From the NCBI RefSeq assembly GCF_963921235.1, contig NC_086097.1, positions 158,164,001 to 158,228,000 on the forward strand: DNA of 64,000 nt, in the 5' to 3' direction. Source of the DNA: Mobula hypostoma. Its lineage: Eukaryota. Of this stretch, positions 63,343-64,000 are shown piece by piece. Position numbers and translations under genes: made by a program. Numbering within the stretch: the first letter of the stretch is position 1; every line of letters starts with the position of its first letter. The notes under the pieces are model-generated. The model did not search any database. It worked only from the letters and a program-made list of their open reading frames with translations, and had not been told where the DNA came from.

Positions 63343-63472
63343 TTCTGAAGAATGGTCATTCACCTGAACGATTGACTGTTTCTCTCTCCACAGGCACTTC
63401 CTGACCTCTTGAACATTTCTAGCATTTTGTGTTCTCATTTCAGATTTCCAGCAAATTGCAGTGTTTTGTTTG
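63343..63472 (+). mobile_element. Old PLE pLTR remnant
   Basis: tCTGAAGAatggtcattcacctGAAcgattgact...cctgacctcttgaacatttctagcattttg...agatttccagca. Confidence 0.6.
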
Positions 63473-64000
63473 TCAATAAAGTACGGGATTCATGAGGCTG
63501 GCACATTTTAAACCCCATGTTTAAATATCTTTTGAGAATTGAGGAAGAATTCAAGAAATCTTTTTTTGTTCACATATTGCCTTGAGAATGGAAAGTAGAC
63601 AAAATGTGAATGCCTTATTAGCAGATGGAAAGGTGGTTCAATTATCTTTGGTGCTCAAGCTAAACCAGTTGGCCACCACTAACTGCAAAGATGCATGAAC
63701 CTGAAGTTAAAATAGGATTGAATGGACAATATACAACCTCATTTCCTGTGAAACGTAGGACCAGTTCTTATAATTTAAACCTAATTAGTTCTGTTTACAA
63801 GAAAAAAAAACCCTGACTCTTGTGTGAAGAGGAAGAATGGAGTCCAGGCATTCCACACATTAAAAATAAATCAGTGCAAATTTCTTAGTGCAACAGCTTC
63901 TTCTCCCGACAGTTTTTGGATTTTGTGTCACCCAATTAATGTTTCCTATTCACTTAAGTTTTTGTTTCCATTCCAATACAACATCGTGGGTCTTTAGAAC

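Overview
Non-coding vertebrate genomic DNA with no recognisable host protein-coding exon. It is probably from a cartilaginous fish, inferred from the V-SINE/HE1-like, CR1/HER1-like and Penelope repeat types, and is either a long intron or intergenic. Bases 1-32 kb are unique AT-rich DNA scattered with short TE remnants: Penelope pLTRs, CR1 and Rex1/Babar 3' ends, V-SINEs and a non-autonomous composite element. Bases 32-56.5 kb are an almost continuous nested TE stack: a composite hAT MITE; a near full-length CR1 (SGNH-esterase ORF1, EN-RT ORF2); a full-length TSD-flanked L1 carrying a MER2-like Tigger MITE and a Penelope insertion; and a decayed Gypsy element with PNMA-like Gag carrying a solo LTR and two Rex1 insertions. 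The most notable signals are: (1) about 14 Penelope pLTR-derived short elements carrying minimal type I hammerhead ribozyme cores, mostly eroded at CpG sites; (2) a well-formed branchpoint-polypyrimidine-CAG|GTAAGT recursive-splice-site candidate at 25844/25845; (3) a Tigger MITE that closely resembles mammalian MER2 as recalled; (4) a 93-bp templated duplication at a Penelope insertion junction. All family assignments come from reading motifs, not from database searches, and boundaries without TSDs are approximate.
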